A stretch of DNA of 64,000 bases from Vicugna vicugna (lineage: Eukaryota): contig MU058796.1 in NCBI GenBank assembly GCA_013265495.1, positions 124,001 through 188,000 on the forward strand, in the 5' to 3' direction. Of the stretch, positions 35,726 through 49,979 are shown piece by piece. Within the stretch, counting starts at the first letter, position 1, and every line of letters begins with the position of its first letter. A model generated the notes under the pieces. It was not told the DNA's origin, did no database searches, and saw only the letters and a program-made list of their open reading frames with translations. The position numbers were made by a program, and so were the translations under genes.

Positions 35726-36764
35726 AATTATGTTATTACCTAAACTGAAACCCAATGCACAGAACTGTAAGTCTGACTCAAATTTTATTTACCCCTTGGA
35801 TATTTTAAATAGCAACCCAAGGAGTCTCCCAGTATAGTGCTAAATTCATCTTGCATCTGTTACAGAAAAGGATTATGACATGAAAGGGAACAAAAATTCT
35901 ACCAAATTCAAATGCTACAAAATGCAGTAAGGATAGTTTTCCAAGTGCTAAGAAATTTCTATCTTCCTTAATCTTTACCTGTTTTTCCCTGCCATATAAC
36001 AGAAACTATTAAAGGTCTCTGTACTATTCAATATAGAAAAAAATACTTTTGCTCAATAGTAAGTTAATATGGAACATGAACATTAATTCCATTGTCTATT
36101 ATTAAAAATGTCAAAATAATACTGAAAAAAAGGTCTGTATGCTTAATACACTAGAAGAAAATTTAGACTTCATTACTAACCAGCTATTGTTTCTGAAAGC
36201 GTTTCTTTCCTTTTTTAAAATAGTATTATCTTTCTTTACTATTATGGAATAAAGTTTTAACTTATTAATATATTTGATAATTGACCAATAATCAAAGGAT
36301 TTGAATACAGTAAAATATCACTAACAAAAATATGAAGTTTTTTCCTTTAATTAAATTTCTCTTTTATAATTATAAGAACTAACAAGAACAACAAAAAGCC
36401 CTACAGACGTGAGCATTAATAGAGATTTCCAGCCAAATGAATTTTTTTTAAATAATGCGTTTATACATAAAATGGCCCAGAGATGAAATATGAAAGTTCA
36501 GATATTTTCAGAGTGTTCCTTTTTCAGGGCTTCCTCTTGATCACAGCTCGCTGGGTACCTGGTATATTTGCTGAGTACTTGGTACACCCTGGGAACAGAG
36601 GCCCCATACCGTTTCACAGCAGGAGCCACCTTTGCAATCATTGATCCCATTCTTGAGGGCAAATCACATACACCTTTCAATTTGCCACTACAGAATTTAT
36701 GTAACTTCAAATTATAAATTGAATGCCCGGTGAATAAAGCTGGCATTCTAACTTTCAGTCAAAT

Positions 36765-36925
36765 AATAATAACTGCCATGCTTTAAGCAACTATGGCACT
36801 TTTACTTTTATTATCTTGAATTCTTTCAAAGACCCAAAATTAAAAATATTATCTTCATTTTATATATGAGAAAACTTAGAATCAGATCAGTAAGCCAACA
36901 TTGCCTAAATGTACTAAATCAGTAA
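36765..36925 (-). mobile_element. MIR fragment
   Basis: aataataataactgcc...attatcttcattttatatatgagaaaactta...ttgcctaa. Confidence 0.55.
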
Positions 36926-37029
36926 TTACTCCACATAGATTTTCTGTTCTATTTGGCAAATAGCAACGTCCTGCAAAATAGTAGTTTGCCAATGGTTAGT
37001 AAATGTTTTTGTTTCATTTTGTTTTATTT

Positions 37030-37125
37030 GTTGTGCTAAGAACATTTAACATGAGATCTAGCCTCAAAACATGTTTGTAAGTGTACGATACAATGTGTGT
37101 GCTCTTCTTGCATAACTGAAACTTA
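37030..37125 (-). mobile_element. L1MA-type 3' end fragment
   Basis: tgtgctaagaacatttaacatgagatcta...taagtgtacgatacaat...tcttgcataactgaaactt. Confidence 0.65.
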
Positions 37126-38371
37126 AGGCAGCAGGATTTGTGCATTTAACCTGTTTCCCCCAACAGATTGTATATCCCTTTAGGGATCTGAAGAGTCACC
37201 CTTTTTACTTTATACATGACAAGCATAAAGGTCAGAAACAGGACTAGAAACTTTTGGTCTCCTGGCTCCCCTCAGTTTGCCTCTGAATGCCACTTCTAAC
37301 TAGGCAAAAGACATGCCAAGACTCAAGGTATAAGAAATATTTCCATGGCCCAAGTCTTCCCTGCAAAATTGCTGGAGTTTTCACCACTTCAGGAACATCT
37401 GTCTTATATGTCTCAGTCAGGTGTACATTTCAAATCCAGTTCAAAAGGAAACAGCAGTACTTATACAGATGTATGACAGCATATGGTCAGGATTTAGATG
37501 AGTGAATACTTGTACCTGGAAATCAAATATCAGCACAGGCAGACCCCTCCTGCTTGCCCAGGGCGGCACCCACCTCGCTGGACAGGGAGAGAGCTGCCAG
37601 ATCAAACACAATCCAGATGTCTCCGCCGTCTCTTCCTCTTCCCCATACAACCTTTCTTTGTTTTCTTTGTCCTTCTGCAGTATTTCTAAGCTTTAAAGGA
37701 GTAAAGGAGCCCAGAAAATAGAACAAAATATGTTTTTAAAACAGAACAGATACATCACCCATTGAGCAGTTAAAGCTTTTTTGAAAAATTAGTTTGTTTT
37801 ATTCTTTTGGTTTTCGTTTGCTTTTTTCAAAAACATGTCAGATTTTTTAGTAATCCTTGGCCAGAAATTTAGAAGAACAGTGTCCCTCTTAGCTTAATTT
37901 TCAGATTGGCGAGGGCAATTTTTGAGAAAGTACTCTCTCAGATGTCACAGTGTCAGTAATGTCCCAGCCACCTGCACTGATTCTGACTTTCACATAGTGC
38001 TAACTGTCCATTTATTGCATTTTACAGTGAAATCCATTGTGTTGCTTGGGGTAGCTCACTAGTAAAGGATCTTATTTTCTTTTCAAAACACTTTTTTTAG
38101 GCTTGTCATGTAACCTCTTTGTACTTTAATATCTATATGTATACTTCAGAGAGATAAGAAGATAAAATGTTGTTAATGTGCTGAGAGTTTCTGATCATGC
38201 TGAAGCAGTAATTAATCATTCAAAATCTCCCATAAAAATATAGCTTTATAAAACAGGCCAAAACCGGGTTGGGGGAGGGAACTGCCCAGGAATGAAAGAA
38301 TGAAATAAAACTTAAAACTAGTCAGTAAACATGAATTCCTCAAAGCAGAAATGAATAGTTGATACCCCTAC

Positions 38372-38470
38372 AGAAAAAGAAAAGAGAGGAAGGAAGAAGG
38401 AAGGATGGGAAGAAAGAAAGGAAGGAAGGAAGAAAGGAGAGAGGGAGAAAAAAGGGAGGGAGGGAGGAAA
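38372..38470. repeat. GA-rich (GGAA/GGGA)n polypurine tract
   Basis: agaaaaagaaaagagaggaaggaagaaggaaggatgggaagaaagaaaggaaggaagg...gggagggagggagg. Confidence 0.85.
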
Positions 38471-38914
38471 ATTTAGCTTAATTAGTCTGTAATGGCCCTT
38501 CACAGTACGTTGACAAAATTTTCACTTAGAAGGAAACTTAAAGTAATGAGAGGTGGCAGCTTCTGGTGATTAATTTTTTTCCTATGTGATCTACAAATGT
38601 GGCATTTGACTTAAAGTTATCAGATAGAGTAGTTGTCTAATTCTTACTCAATTATCCTGTTACTAGAAATAGGACTTGCTTATATTAGCACTTTGCTCCT
38701 GTAGTATTAACTGTTTAAATATTTGACTTTTATGACTTTCTGGTTAGTTATGATCTAAGAAAGCTATCCATCGTCTGCAAAGCCAGGCCATTGTGTTTAT
38801 TTTGTAGAAACTTATTTTTCAGTGGGAGAGTAAAGAAAATTAACATAGAAAAATAAAACTAGTTTTATAAATTTTGTCTAAAAATATAAATAATCACTGT
38901 CTTCAAATGTAGCA

Positions 38915-39025
38915 GGAGATAGTCGGTGTCAGACACGGTTGAATCTTATCCCTTCCTTTACTAGCCACACTCTTGGTCTCTCTGAGGCTCAATTTCCTCC
39001 TCAGTAAAATGGATATAATAATTTT
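38915..39025 (+). mobile_element. MIR fragment
   Basis: gtcagacacggttgaatctt...tctctgaggctcaatttcctcctcagtaaaatggatataata. Confidence 0.65.
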
Positions 39026-41524
39026 TGTCATGTTTAAATCAATCAGAAGAAAGTAGACAAAGAATTCGGTATGCTTTTGTTAAATGCCTTTTCTTTTTAC
39101 TAATTTTTTTCTTTAAAATACATCTGCTGTTTATTGTAAAGGATGGTTCCTCAAACTAAGAACTTTTGTTACAAAGCTGTTCCAAAGACAGCCCTGGAAA
39201 CCCAAACCTACAACTGTTGTCTAATTTCAAAATGAGGAGAGGTTCTCCTCTGGCCTCTTTCCCCCTCTGATGAACTCTAAAGGTGTTGGGAATGACTGAG
39301 ACTTGTTTTTGTCATGGATTGCCTTTTTGTGAAATAGCTACCTAAATGAATCAGTAAAATATATAGACAGCAAATGAACCAGAAATGCAGTAATCCCGTC
39401 CAGCCAGCCCTGAACTGCTTACTTCATGAAGCAGTGCTGAGGCTGCATCAGGAGATTGATGTGTGTGAAAACAGTTTAAATTCTTTGCAGGAAAGTATCC
39501 TTAGTGTCACTATTTATTACTAGTAAGAATGAAAATATCACCACTGCTCTTATTAAGGAAAACTGTATAGCAGTGGCTTTGAGCTTGCTTCTCAGATTCG
39601 TCCAGACAATGTGGAAGGGGAGGAGGAGTTCTTCTTCTCTCTCTGTTTTTTCAAAATGCAAGCAAACCAAAATAAACCCCATTAATGCTCTTTTATGCAA
39701 AGGAAAAGAGTCACGTTTACACACACAATCATATTAGCAGTATGCCCCATTAGGAAATCTTGAAATGATTGATACTTAAAGAGTTGTCATCTCAGGTGGA
39801 AGCTCCCATCAAGCACAAATTACAACAGTTGCGTTTTTTCCTTCTCTTTCTTTTTCCGCAAAGATGTAATGTAAACCCAAAAGAATCCTGCTAGCTAGCT
39901 TTCTTTTTCTCTCTTCAGTGCCTTCCTCTTCGCCTTCCTACCTTTCCTTATTACCCAGCCCCAATCTGTACACACACTCCATCCTCTCCCACCTCAACCC
40001 CTATCTCTAGTGGTGTGAAAATAGAAAAACATCTGAGATTCTGGGCAGCCTATCAGTTTGCTGAGGTTCATTTTAGCTAATCCAGACATCCCGCACAGCA
40101 GGGGGAAAACTGCTGCATCTAGTGAAACAAGAGCATGAATAATTAAAACTCTGTTATTAATGAACTTCCAGTCGTTATGTAAATGAAACTGATTTCAAGT
40201 CTAATTTGTCAGCCTGAATTCTTTTTCTGTTGTCCCTTTGTCTAGGACAAGAATTCATCATAATGGACTTGATAATAAAACACTAGTAGACATGCTGTGT
40301 GCAGTGCCCATCTGAGTTAGAGCTTTTAGCGTGGTTAATTGATACAGTTACTCCAGGACAAGTCTGTAAGGCATTTTGTATGGCTTTAAGTTTTAAAAGC
40401 CGCTCTTTTCCCCTTTGACAGGGCTGCCTATTCTTTGCACATACCTCATTATCATTTACCTTTACATGAGGGGTGGCATATAATTACTGCCTAGTAAATA
40501 GTTTCTTTTGCAATATCCATGATGTTCAAAGACAGCAGAGTTCAAAAAGGTCCAGGCGAAGGGAAGTCTGTAGTCTTCCAAGAATGACAAATAGCCACTG
40601 GGGAGAGAAAAGAAAAGAAAAGAAAAAGGAATACTTAACAAAGCACAAGACCACTAAGTACCAGTCGCCCACTGTTCCACTATCAAGTGTCACTCATGCT
40701 ATTGGTGGTATTGTCCAAGTGATACCCTGATGTCTGTGGTCACATATTTCAGCTACATTGTTTAGATCCAATGTATTGTTAGTGAAATCCTTCACTATTA
40801 AGGTGACAGCTTCAAATACTACAATCTGATTTCCTAGAGTTACAGATATTTTACACAACATAAAAGTGATAATTCTTTTAGTAGAAAGCTATTAAGAGGT
40901 GTTAACTTATTGAGAATTTACTGAGCTGAGATCTTTAGATATTAATTTTGAAAATGCCTCTATATTATTTTTAGAGAAATGCATAAATTAGATAAATTAA
41001 ATATTTTGGTTATTTGGCACATGATTTTATTTTTATAAGGCAATGTCTAAATAACAGAAGTTAACTAACATTTTGTATATCTGTTACATTAAAATAATCT
41101 TATTCCACGATTAGGAGTAAAAAAATTTCTCCATTTAGAAAACTCCTGAATCTTTTAAGCTGCAGATGCTAATAACATGATCCTTGCTAATCTAGTAGTT
41201 TTTTTTTTAATGGAATCATTGTTCACAGTAACATTAAGAACTAAAAATCTTTGCTAGATCCCCCAGATAGAGGTGTACCAGTTCCTAGGCAGTTTTAGAT
41301 TTCTCTCTTGACATCTGCAGTTCCTTTGTATATTGAAATTGAAATGTTACAGGCATTGCTTAGCTCTGCTGTCTTCTGTTACTTTGTAACATCGCTTTAT
41401 TTATAGTACCAAACAGTAAATAGTATCCTAATCCCTTTTGCACAAACAAGGAAAATTGGACATCTCAGCATCTGCATGAATGATATAGTCAGTATTTCAG
41501 GGATCAGTCATTACAGACTCACAA

Positions 41525-41750
41525 TACACATTTCCAGTCACCTAAAATATGCCAGACACTGGGTTAAGCAAGGGAAATGAAAATTTGAAACGGGAACAAC
41601 TATTTTCAAAAAGGAGGAAAAAAGTCAATTAACTAATATTTATAGCTTGATGTGAAAAAGTAGTGTGTATACACACACGTATATATAGTACGAAAATGTG
41701 TAATGTGTCAGAGGAGCATTCTAAAAGTAATTTACAGGAAGCCAGGAGAC
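41525..41750 (-). mobile_element. L2 3' fragment (degraded)
   Basis: cacctaaaatatgccagacactgggttaagc. Confidence 0.4.
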
Positions 41751-42308
41751 AGTGATGCTTCAGGGAATACCATCCTCTCTACTTCTTCTAATAGCAAAGT
41801 ATTATCTAGCCCAAGCCACTGTCAGTGTTGTTCAGTGCAAGGGTCTGGTTATAATTTGATTCTTTTTCTCCTGGATACACTGTGTACCAACCCATGCCTC
41901 AATTTCCCAGGCAGCCAAAGGCATGCTGTTATTCCAAAACATGTCTGATTTTCATGATGTCACAGTACAAGTTGAAGGTGTAGGTTAAATAAATTCAGTT
42001 CCCTGCAATTCCACAGGAACGCAACTAGACCCGTGGCATCACAGCAGGGCTAGCACAATTCGATGTCTGATGGTGTTCAGCTTGACCCTGCTCAAGGGAC
42101 TATCCCACGCATTCTATCAGGCTTGCCTTGAAGAGGTTTCATCTCCATTGTGTCTTTGCCAGGCCTTGCTAAAACTATACTGCCCGCTCTCAAATTTGAC
42201 AAACCCTTGAATCCTTCTGCACCAATCGAAACCTAACAACTACTTACATTAAAAAACAAAATCAACCCAAGGATAGGTGCAAGATATGAGATGACACATA
42301 ACATATGA

Positions 42309-42350
<42 letters not shown>
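42309..42350. repeat. compound microsatellite (TC)9(AC)12
   Basis: read directly from the sequence. Confidence 0.95.
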
Positions 42351-44748
42351 CATATCATCTCACTTTCTATTGATAATATGGCCCATGGGGCTGGCAACTT
42401 TGTTCATTCTAATTCTTAGTCAACTCCGGAAGAAGTCATAAAAATACATAATCTGAAATTAAAGTCAATTAAACGATGTTGCTTCTTCTGAAAGTTAAAA
42501 GGAAAACACACATAAGTAATAGAAGTCAATTATTGTATATTCCCAGGCCTGTTCTTATAAGCTGGAGAGGTAATCAATCACTCGAGAGATTTCTACAAGG
42601 TAATTACTGTTTATTCTTTAATGATAGCACCGTCTTCCTCTTCTTCTTCACACCAGCCCCCTGCAGCAACCACCTCGCAAAAAGCAAATAAGCTACAGTT
42701 AAAAAAAAAAAAAAAGACTAAGAAAGTTGGTGTTCTGCATAATGTGAACAATAAGACTGCTGAACTTCATCCCTTTCTGTGACCTGAGGCTACAATACTT
42801 TATGGCCCATGCTGTGTGTATACACATCATAACTGCTTTTCAGTAATAAATGCAGCCATGGCTTTGAGAGGGGGCACTGCTGCATAGGGAGAATTAATGG
42901 GAAATATCTTTCTTGTGGATGTTTAGTCATTTAAAAGAATGAAGTTTGAAAATAATAAGTGGCTGAAGAAGAACATGGACCAATTAAGAATTTAAAACAA
43001 CTAGCATCCAACTAGATCTCTTTCTCCCCTTTAGAGAGAAGGGGAGAAAAATAGTAAAAATGAATGCTGCTGCTATTATCGAGAGCCAAAAGTACTAACC
43101 AAGAGATTTCACAGCGCTTCAGTCAGAGCTGGGCTAATGAATATAAGTTACCTTATCCGGTTTTAGCTGACTTTAAAATTAAAGTTCCAAACCCTGCATG
43201 CAGGAAGAGCTGGACTTGAGCAAAATGGACTTAATAAACTCCTTTGTGCGCTCAGATCCCTAGTGAGATTTCCTGACCATCCATGACCAATCGGTATTAT
43301 TTTTTCTGTGACTGGTACTTTTGTGAGCAAGATAGGGGTTTCTGGGAGTGATTAGCACTTTTCACCATTGATTGACAGGTTCAAACAGAAATGAGACAAT
43401 AGGAGGAGTCATTAGGAATTCAAATGTAAGGTTAGTGTTTGCAGGCTTTGTGATTGATTGTAATAGAAAAGGAACTATATATATGTAAAGAAAGGAATTA
43501 ATGTTTAAAATGTTAACTTATAAAGTAAAAATTAATCTTTCCAATTTCAAACTTTTTTAGACTTGAAATTATTCCAAACTGATAAGAGGATGAAATAGCA
43601 ATATTTTAGGCATCTTTTCTAGAAACCTCTCAAGTTGGTTATGGATACATCCAACTCTTTGCTTTAGATACTTAAGACCCCCAAATTTAAAGCCTTAGGG
43701 AAATCCTCAGCAGTAAAGGGTTAGATTTGGCTTTCTCATAGATTAAACATCTTGAAGAAAAAAAATAAGAATTGTTTTTCCAAGAAAGGAAATATGATGA
43801 AGCTCTCCATTATAGCCAGAGAAGATTCCTCAGGGAAATAATTACAGTGAGTGATGCTAGCATTGACCAGTAATTGATAATTGGCCACAAATAATTAGAG
43901 TAGAATGTCTTTACTGGTGTAAATTATGCTAATAGCTCAGCCTCATCCCTAGGTGCTGATGTTGGTTTCTCATAAGTAATTTTGTTTTAAATTCACATCA
44001 TAAATTTAGCATACTATACTTGAAAATTCCATCTTGTTTGGCATCAAAGTTAAGGCAGGTAATACAGAATTAAACAAACCTAATCAAAGAAGAAAGTAAG
44101 ATACATGCCATCATTTGTCAGGATATTTTGATAAGAGTTGACTTCTTGTGAGGAAAATTTTTTTGTGTGTGACAACAATGCACACAAACTGTGTTTTTTT
44201 AAAAAGAAAATCCAAAGCAGAGTCAGATGTGTGATTGAAACCACCTCACAAATTTGAATAGAAGCATTTTTGATACATCGTAAGTTGTTAATATTTAAAG
44301 GGTGGTAGCGTAAATCCAATACCCTGTGCACGAAATAATTACCACATCAGATTTCTATGCATATTCTGTATGTAACTCAGCGTTCAAGCTGCATTTTTTT
44401 GAATATGTTGTGACTAATTTATGCCAAGTTTTCATCAACCTAGCATTTTTCATTTTTCAATTGACATACAAAGTTCTGTAATTTGTGTGCTCAGTATGTT
44501 AATATACTGAGATGGTAAGAGAAAATCTAGTGTATTACAGTAACAAAAATCGACTGTCAGGGAGCCTCCATGGAAGTCAGAGATCAAGAAAACAAGTACA
44601 GTCCAGGGAGTGGTAGTGTTAGGATTTGTGTGGGTCATTAATAGCCCTCACTTCCATATCATGAGACAATTTCTGTCCTCTTTTTTTTGACCAATTGACC
44701 CACCATCTGCTCTTCAATTTCCCTCCAGAATTCCAAGGCATGTTCTAA

Positions 44749-44928
44749 GAGTGGTTCTCACACTTTACAGCAAATTGGAATCATCTGGGAGCTTTAAAAA
44801 ATTTAGAGGCTTGGCTCCCACCCTACACATTCTGATTTCTTGCTATGGGGTGCAATTCAGACATCAAGAGATTTTTCTAAGCTCTCCAGAAGATTCTAGT
44901 ATGCAGCAAAAATTGGGAAACATGGCTG
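44749..44928. mobile_element. MER5A hAT-Charlie DNA transposon
   Basis: agtggttctcacacttt...gaatcatctgggagctttaaaaa...attctgattt...aagctctccagaagattcta.tatgcagcaaaaattgggaaac. Confidence 0.85.
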
Positions 44929-46589
44929 TATATGTTTTCTGCCTCAGCTTTTTCTAATTTGGTCTGAAAAGACACCAATTTCCTCTCCTATACGTAGTTA
45001 AAAGAGATGCTTCTCCACCGTGCAGTTGATTCAGGCCAGGGCTCCCTGATCTGCTGTCTTTTCTGAGAAGGAGCATATCACCATACTCAGCGCTTCTGCC
45101 AAACTCGTTTACAGCCTCTCATCCACTCTCAACTTCTTTCTTATTTTCCCTTTTATACTCTTTCATCCCCTAAATGACTACAGATCAACTGCTATCCCTT
45201 TGAGTTTTCAGCTCTTACTCTCTTTCCTATCTTTAGCTATCTTTGGTACCTTATTGCCAGTTTAAGCATGAAAAACTTTCCTTCTCAATGTTACCTATTT
45301 CTTTCTCTTTATCCAAAAACCCACAGGCAGGCTCTATCAATCTTCAGTCTTCATCCAAGAGCTAAGTTAAGACTCTTAGCGGTTTTTTATTTCGTTATAG
45401 TAGACTTCTCTGTTTCAGATTCAAGTTTTCTATCTGTCTCATCTCAATAGGCCCGTTGCTTTCTTGTACAAAATGCTACTGTGAGACTTCTTGTCATTTC
45501 CTTTGCTCATTATGAACATCTCAACAGTGTGTTTCTTAAACACATCCTATTCAATTCATCTTCCTATTCTCTTTTTCCCGAGGGCTCTTTCAGTCCCAGA
45601 GTAACCCCAGAATTACAGGTCTGGATGAGAGTCTGCCTTGGGAATTGACAGCAGTACTTAATAAATGCTTATGCACAGAAGGGATGTTTGTGTTCAGGGG
45701 ACTGTTCCACAACATGGATGACCAAGCGCCTCTCTAGATGTCCTGAAATTACTATAAGCCTTAGAAACACATTCGTTACTTACCCTTGTTCTCTTTCCTC
45801 TCCTCCACTCATTTTATTCAGACTCACACAGCTAACAGTCAGGATCATCCAGAGAGCCAGGAAGGAAGGCATAGAACTGATAGTCATATACATCTATGTT
45901 TGTGTTATATTCTTTTTCAGATTATGCAACTTGTAAACTTACTGAAAAGTTACAAAGGAAATGGATGTCCTTTTGCCTTCTACCTGAAAGGCCTATTTCC
46001 TACAAAGACTGAGCTTTGTAAAATCCATCATTATCCCAGTTTCTATCCACCAGTGCCCCAATCCACCATTTCCCTTCTCACCAGATTCTATACTCAACTG
46101 TTTCTTGTCTTCATTATTCCTTTTCTTGTCTCCATCACCCACTTTCAAGTTCTACATTCTCATTTACCACGACATGACTTTGTATTTGCTCAACTCCCTC
46201 TTGTAAATTTACTTCTTGCCATGACACTTTTTCTAGTAAGCTTTTTTTCAAAGTAGAAGAAACAAAAAGCCCACATTTTTTTTAAGTCAAAGAAATGTAT
46301 ACCAGTGAAAGAACCCTAACTTCTTTCTGGATGCATTGTATTTCTAAACTGTTTAATACACACATGTCACATGATTATGTTTGTCAAGTCTTGGATGTAG
46401 AAACAAACTCAAAGTAACATACAAGAAGAATAACTGTTCATGAATCAAAAAGCAAGATTCAGTTGTTATGAAGCAAATTAAAAATGTCACAGTGGATTTC
46501 AGAAAAGTGAATTAAAATGACTGATATGATTATTTTTAATTTGTTAATTTTAGATGAAGTCATTAACATATAGAGTTACTTTTATATTT

Positions 46590-46800
46590 ATAGTGGTTTC
46601 TCTGCATTTGGACTTGGGAACTGGATAGATTTATTTCAAATCCTGACTGTAGTTTTGCTAGTTGTGTAATCCTCAGCAAGTAACTTACCCGCTCATGGTC
46701 TGTTTGCTCATTGGTAACAAACAGGTGTAAGTATCTTACTTGGAGGAAAATTTCAAGGTCTAAATGAAATAAGACCTGTTAAGTGCATTGCAGGCTTACA
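46590..46800 (+). mobile_element. MIR SINE
   Basis: tcaaatcctgact...ctagttgtgtaatcctcagcaagtaacttacc...tctgtttgctcattggtaac...taaatgaaataa. Confidence 0.7.
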
Positions 46801-47052
46801 CGGGAGGAATGTAGGAGGAACTCTGAAAATGGCATTGACTATTGACATATCTTAGAAAACCTATTACCAAGTATCTAGGTATTTTTCCTATAATTCTTGG
46901 GCAGCTCTGATACAATTCTTTTTTTTTCCAGACCACTCCAAATCCATCCCCAGCACTTAACATATCAATTCAAAGAGATTTTATACTTTCTTTTCAATAC
47001 ATTAGCATTATTCAGTATTGTGTATACTTTACTCACTTTTCATTCAAAAGAG

Positions 47053-47579
47053 TTTTTTTTTAGTATTTCTTTTTTTATTGAAGTATAGTTGATTTACAAT
47101 GTTGTGTTAGTTTCTGGTATGCAGCGTAGTGATTCAGTTATGCATATTTTTTCATATTCTTTTTCATTACAGGTTACGACAAAATAATGAATGTAATTAT
47201 CTGTGCTATACAGTAGGACCTTGTTGTTTATCTGTTTTATATTTAGTAATTTGTATATGCTAATCCCAAACTCCTGATTTATCCCCCATCCCTTTTCCCA
47301 TATGGTAACCATAAGTTTGTTTGCTATGTCTATGAGTCTTCTGCTGTGTTATAAATAAGTTCGTTTGTATCATTTTTTTAGATACCACATATAAATATCA
47401 TATATTATTTGTCTTTCTCTGTCTTACTTACTTCACTTAGTATGATAATCTCTAGGTTTATCCATGTTGCTGCAAATGGCATTATTTCATTCTTTTTATG
47501 GCTGAGTAGTAATCCATTGTGTGTGTGTATATATATATACTGCATCTTTTTTATCCAGTCATCTGCTGATGGACATTTG
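47053..47579 (-). mobile_element. 5'-truncated LINE-1 (cetartiodactyl type): end of ORF2 plus 3' UTR and poly-A
   Basis: tttattgaagtatagttgatttacaatgttgtgttagtttctgg...ctgtgctatacagtaggaccttgttgtttatc...cttcacttagtatgataatctctagg...tccatgttgctgcaaatggcattatttcattctttttatggctgagtagt. Confidence 0.92.
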
Positions 47580-49003
47580 ATTCCTTATTTTAAAAAAATT
47601 ATAAATGGAGAACATATTAAGATACTCCATATGCTTTCAAAATAGTGTATCTGTTGTCAACTCTGTAGCCACTAGATGTCAATACAGTGTTTATCTGGAA
47701 GGTTTAATAATGGCTCATTAGTATCCTATTTAATGATTAAATAATGGATTCCCTTTGCAAGGTATTTTAATACTGAAGGGTTTCAGAGCATTTTTATGAA
47801 ATATTTATGGAATTCACTCCACTAACAACTGAAGTGCTTCACCTCATCTAACTGTAAACAGTTGTTAAACAGAAACAGTTTTAATCCTCAAATTAAAATT
47901 GCTAAAAAAAAAAAGGTATATAGGCGTAATGTAATTGCCCTAATTGGATTTTCCAGGTATTTTACTTGCAGAAACACAATGACATCTTTATTATTCATAA
48001 CTGGATGAAACTTAAGTTTTAAATTTTAAGCATTTGACTAAAGATAATGAAAATTTTTGTCTAAACTCAGCGTTAGAAGGCTTGAGGATTTATTCTTCAA
48101 TCTTTATCCCTCAAATTACAGTCAGTAACTTTTCTCTGAACAGACGAAATAACTATTTTTGAAGTTCCATACTGAAGTGAAGAAGTGTAATTCAAATCTC
48201 CTTTCCTTTGACATTAGAGTATCAAAACTTACATGTAAAATAGAGAGAAAAGAACTTCAAAGCAAACAAATACAAATCAAAGAAACAAAGACGAGCTAGA
48301 GTCATGTTATCTATAGCTGAGGAACTTATTAGATATATTTTTCCCAATCCTTAATTTACGTGTTTTTTCTTCTGAATATGTGTCAGATAACCTATCTGCA
48401 CATTTCAGCCAAAAAAGTTAGCAAGAGAACTTGGAAAATCCACTAGCCTAAACGAAATGTTTAGTTTCTTGTTATGTGTCCTGGTAGTATCCTGCATTGC
48501 TAAGCTCCAGCCCTAAACAAAATGGCACTAAAATGAAATTTTAGGAAAGGAAAGAAATATTTAGAACAATATAAGGGCAAGTTTCTGTTTTTCTTTGCCT
48601 GTTTTCTCTAACCACACTTCAAACTGGCAATATTTTACCTAAGATTGTAATTTAACATTTTAAATGCTTGAGGAAGAAAGAGAAAGAAAAAATAGTAGGG
48701 AAAGGTAGGGAAGAAATTGAGGGCAAGAAGGTCTATTTGAGGACCTGTTTATCAATTTTCCAACTATTTTATGGAAATTCTCTTCACAATTAGGACTCTA
48801 GAGCCTGTTATGTGACCTAGATGGGTCAACGTAAGTGAATCAGATGTGGGGGGCGGGGAATGATGGTGACAGAAGTGACAGAGGGAATGGTGGGATATGC
48901 AAGAAAGATTTGTGTAGGTTCAGAATGTTGAATTGACTTATCCAGTTGCCCTCGAGTTTCAGTGAAGGTCCAAAATGTAAGAGTAAAAAGTGACTGTTAA
49001 GTC

Positions 49004-49311
49004 CTGTGCATTCCAACAGGGTAGGTACCAGGTACATGAGTCTGTTGAGCACTTGGAATATGGCTGGTTGAACCAAGATGTACAGTAAATGTGTACCAAT
49101 TTTCAAAGACATGGTCTGAAAAAAAGAAAAAATATCTCACTAATATTTCATATTGATTATGCATTAAAATAATTAAAAATTTGATAAATTTGGATAATAA
49201 AATGTCTTATTAAAATTAATTTCAATTCATTCTTTTGACTTTTTATTATGGCTAAAAGAAGATTCTAAATTATGTATGTGGCTTGCACTGTATTTCTATT
49301 GGACAGCGCAG
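49004..49311. mobile_element. MER33 hAT-Charlie DNA transposon
   Basis: imperfect TIRs ctgtgcattccaa / ttggacagcgcag; internal ttgagcacttggaatatggct, aatatctcactaat, taaaattaatttca. Confidence 0.85.
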
Positions 49312-49979
49312 CACTACACTATCCAGAAGAGTGTTGCTAACAAATAGCAAAAATGGTTTTGTGACACTCGTTTTATCACCCACTTCTAGCTTAATACTGT
49401 AACACCACTTAGAGAGGGAAGGATGCTTTGTAAATGGAAAATACAGGCCTATCAAGAGCAGCACTGTGGCACCTTCCTTCCACTGGACAAGGGTTGTGCT
49501 TTCTCCCCACTTCAAGCCAAGCAAAGAGGAACTTCAAAAGAGAAACATTTGTTCAGATGGAGGTATAGATCCAAAGGGGCGACTGACACCTCACACTATA
49601 TAGAAGTGTGTAGAGTTGTAGAAGCTCTTAAGCAACTTTCCTCCCTGGTACATGGAGCTGATGGTGGTAGGAGAGCTCTTAGAAAAACTTAAATGTGTTT
49701 CTTGTAAATGAAGGAAGTCAGAGCCTGGAGTTAGTGAGGGGAAGAGGTGGGAGGGAAAGAGATGGAAGGAAGAGACCACTTCCCCTCTGCCTGTTTATTG
49801 AAGGTTTCCTACTATGAGCAGGCTTGAGTTGGAGAAAAGAGCTTTGAATAGGATGTGAAAAGAAAATTTTCATTTGGATAGAACTATACTTTTTAATAGC
49901 TGAAACTGACACTTCTAATACATGAAAGAGACCAGAAAATGTATAGAGTATTTCTGAATTTAGAGACAGGAAACACTGT

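Noticed and set aside
35358..35837. 159-aa hydrophobic ORF resembling a membrane protein
   Set aside because: The Phe/Leu/Pro/Ser bias comes from a CT-rich low-complexity tract.
36498..36746. 82-aa ORF with a protein-like look (MGSMIAKVAPAVKRYG...)
   Set aside because: Not recognised, and flanking splice signals are weak.
43330..43360. GATAGGGGTTT...ATTAGCA, resembling part of pre-miR-155
   Set aside because: The mature 5' sequence TTAATGCTAATCGT is absent.
45786..46256. 156-aa ORF
   Set aside because: Non-ATG start, pyrimidine-biased composition, no recognisable domain or exon structure.
47094..47645. ORFs 47094-47312 and 47409-47645
   Set aside because: Translations of L1 3' UTR/ORF2-end sequence, not genes.
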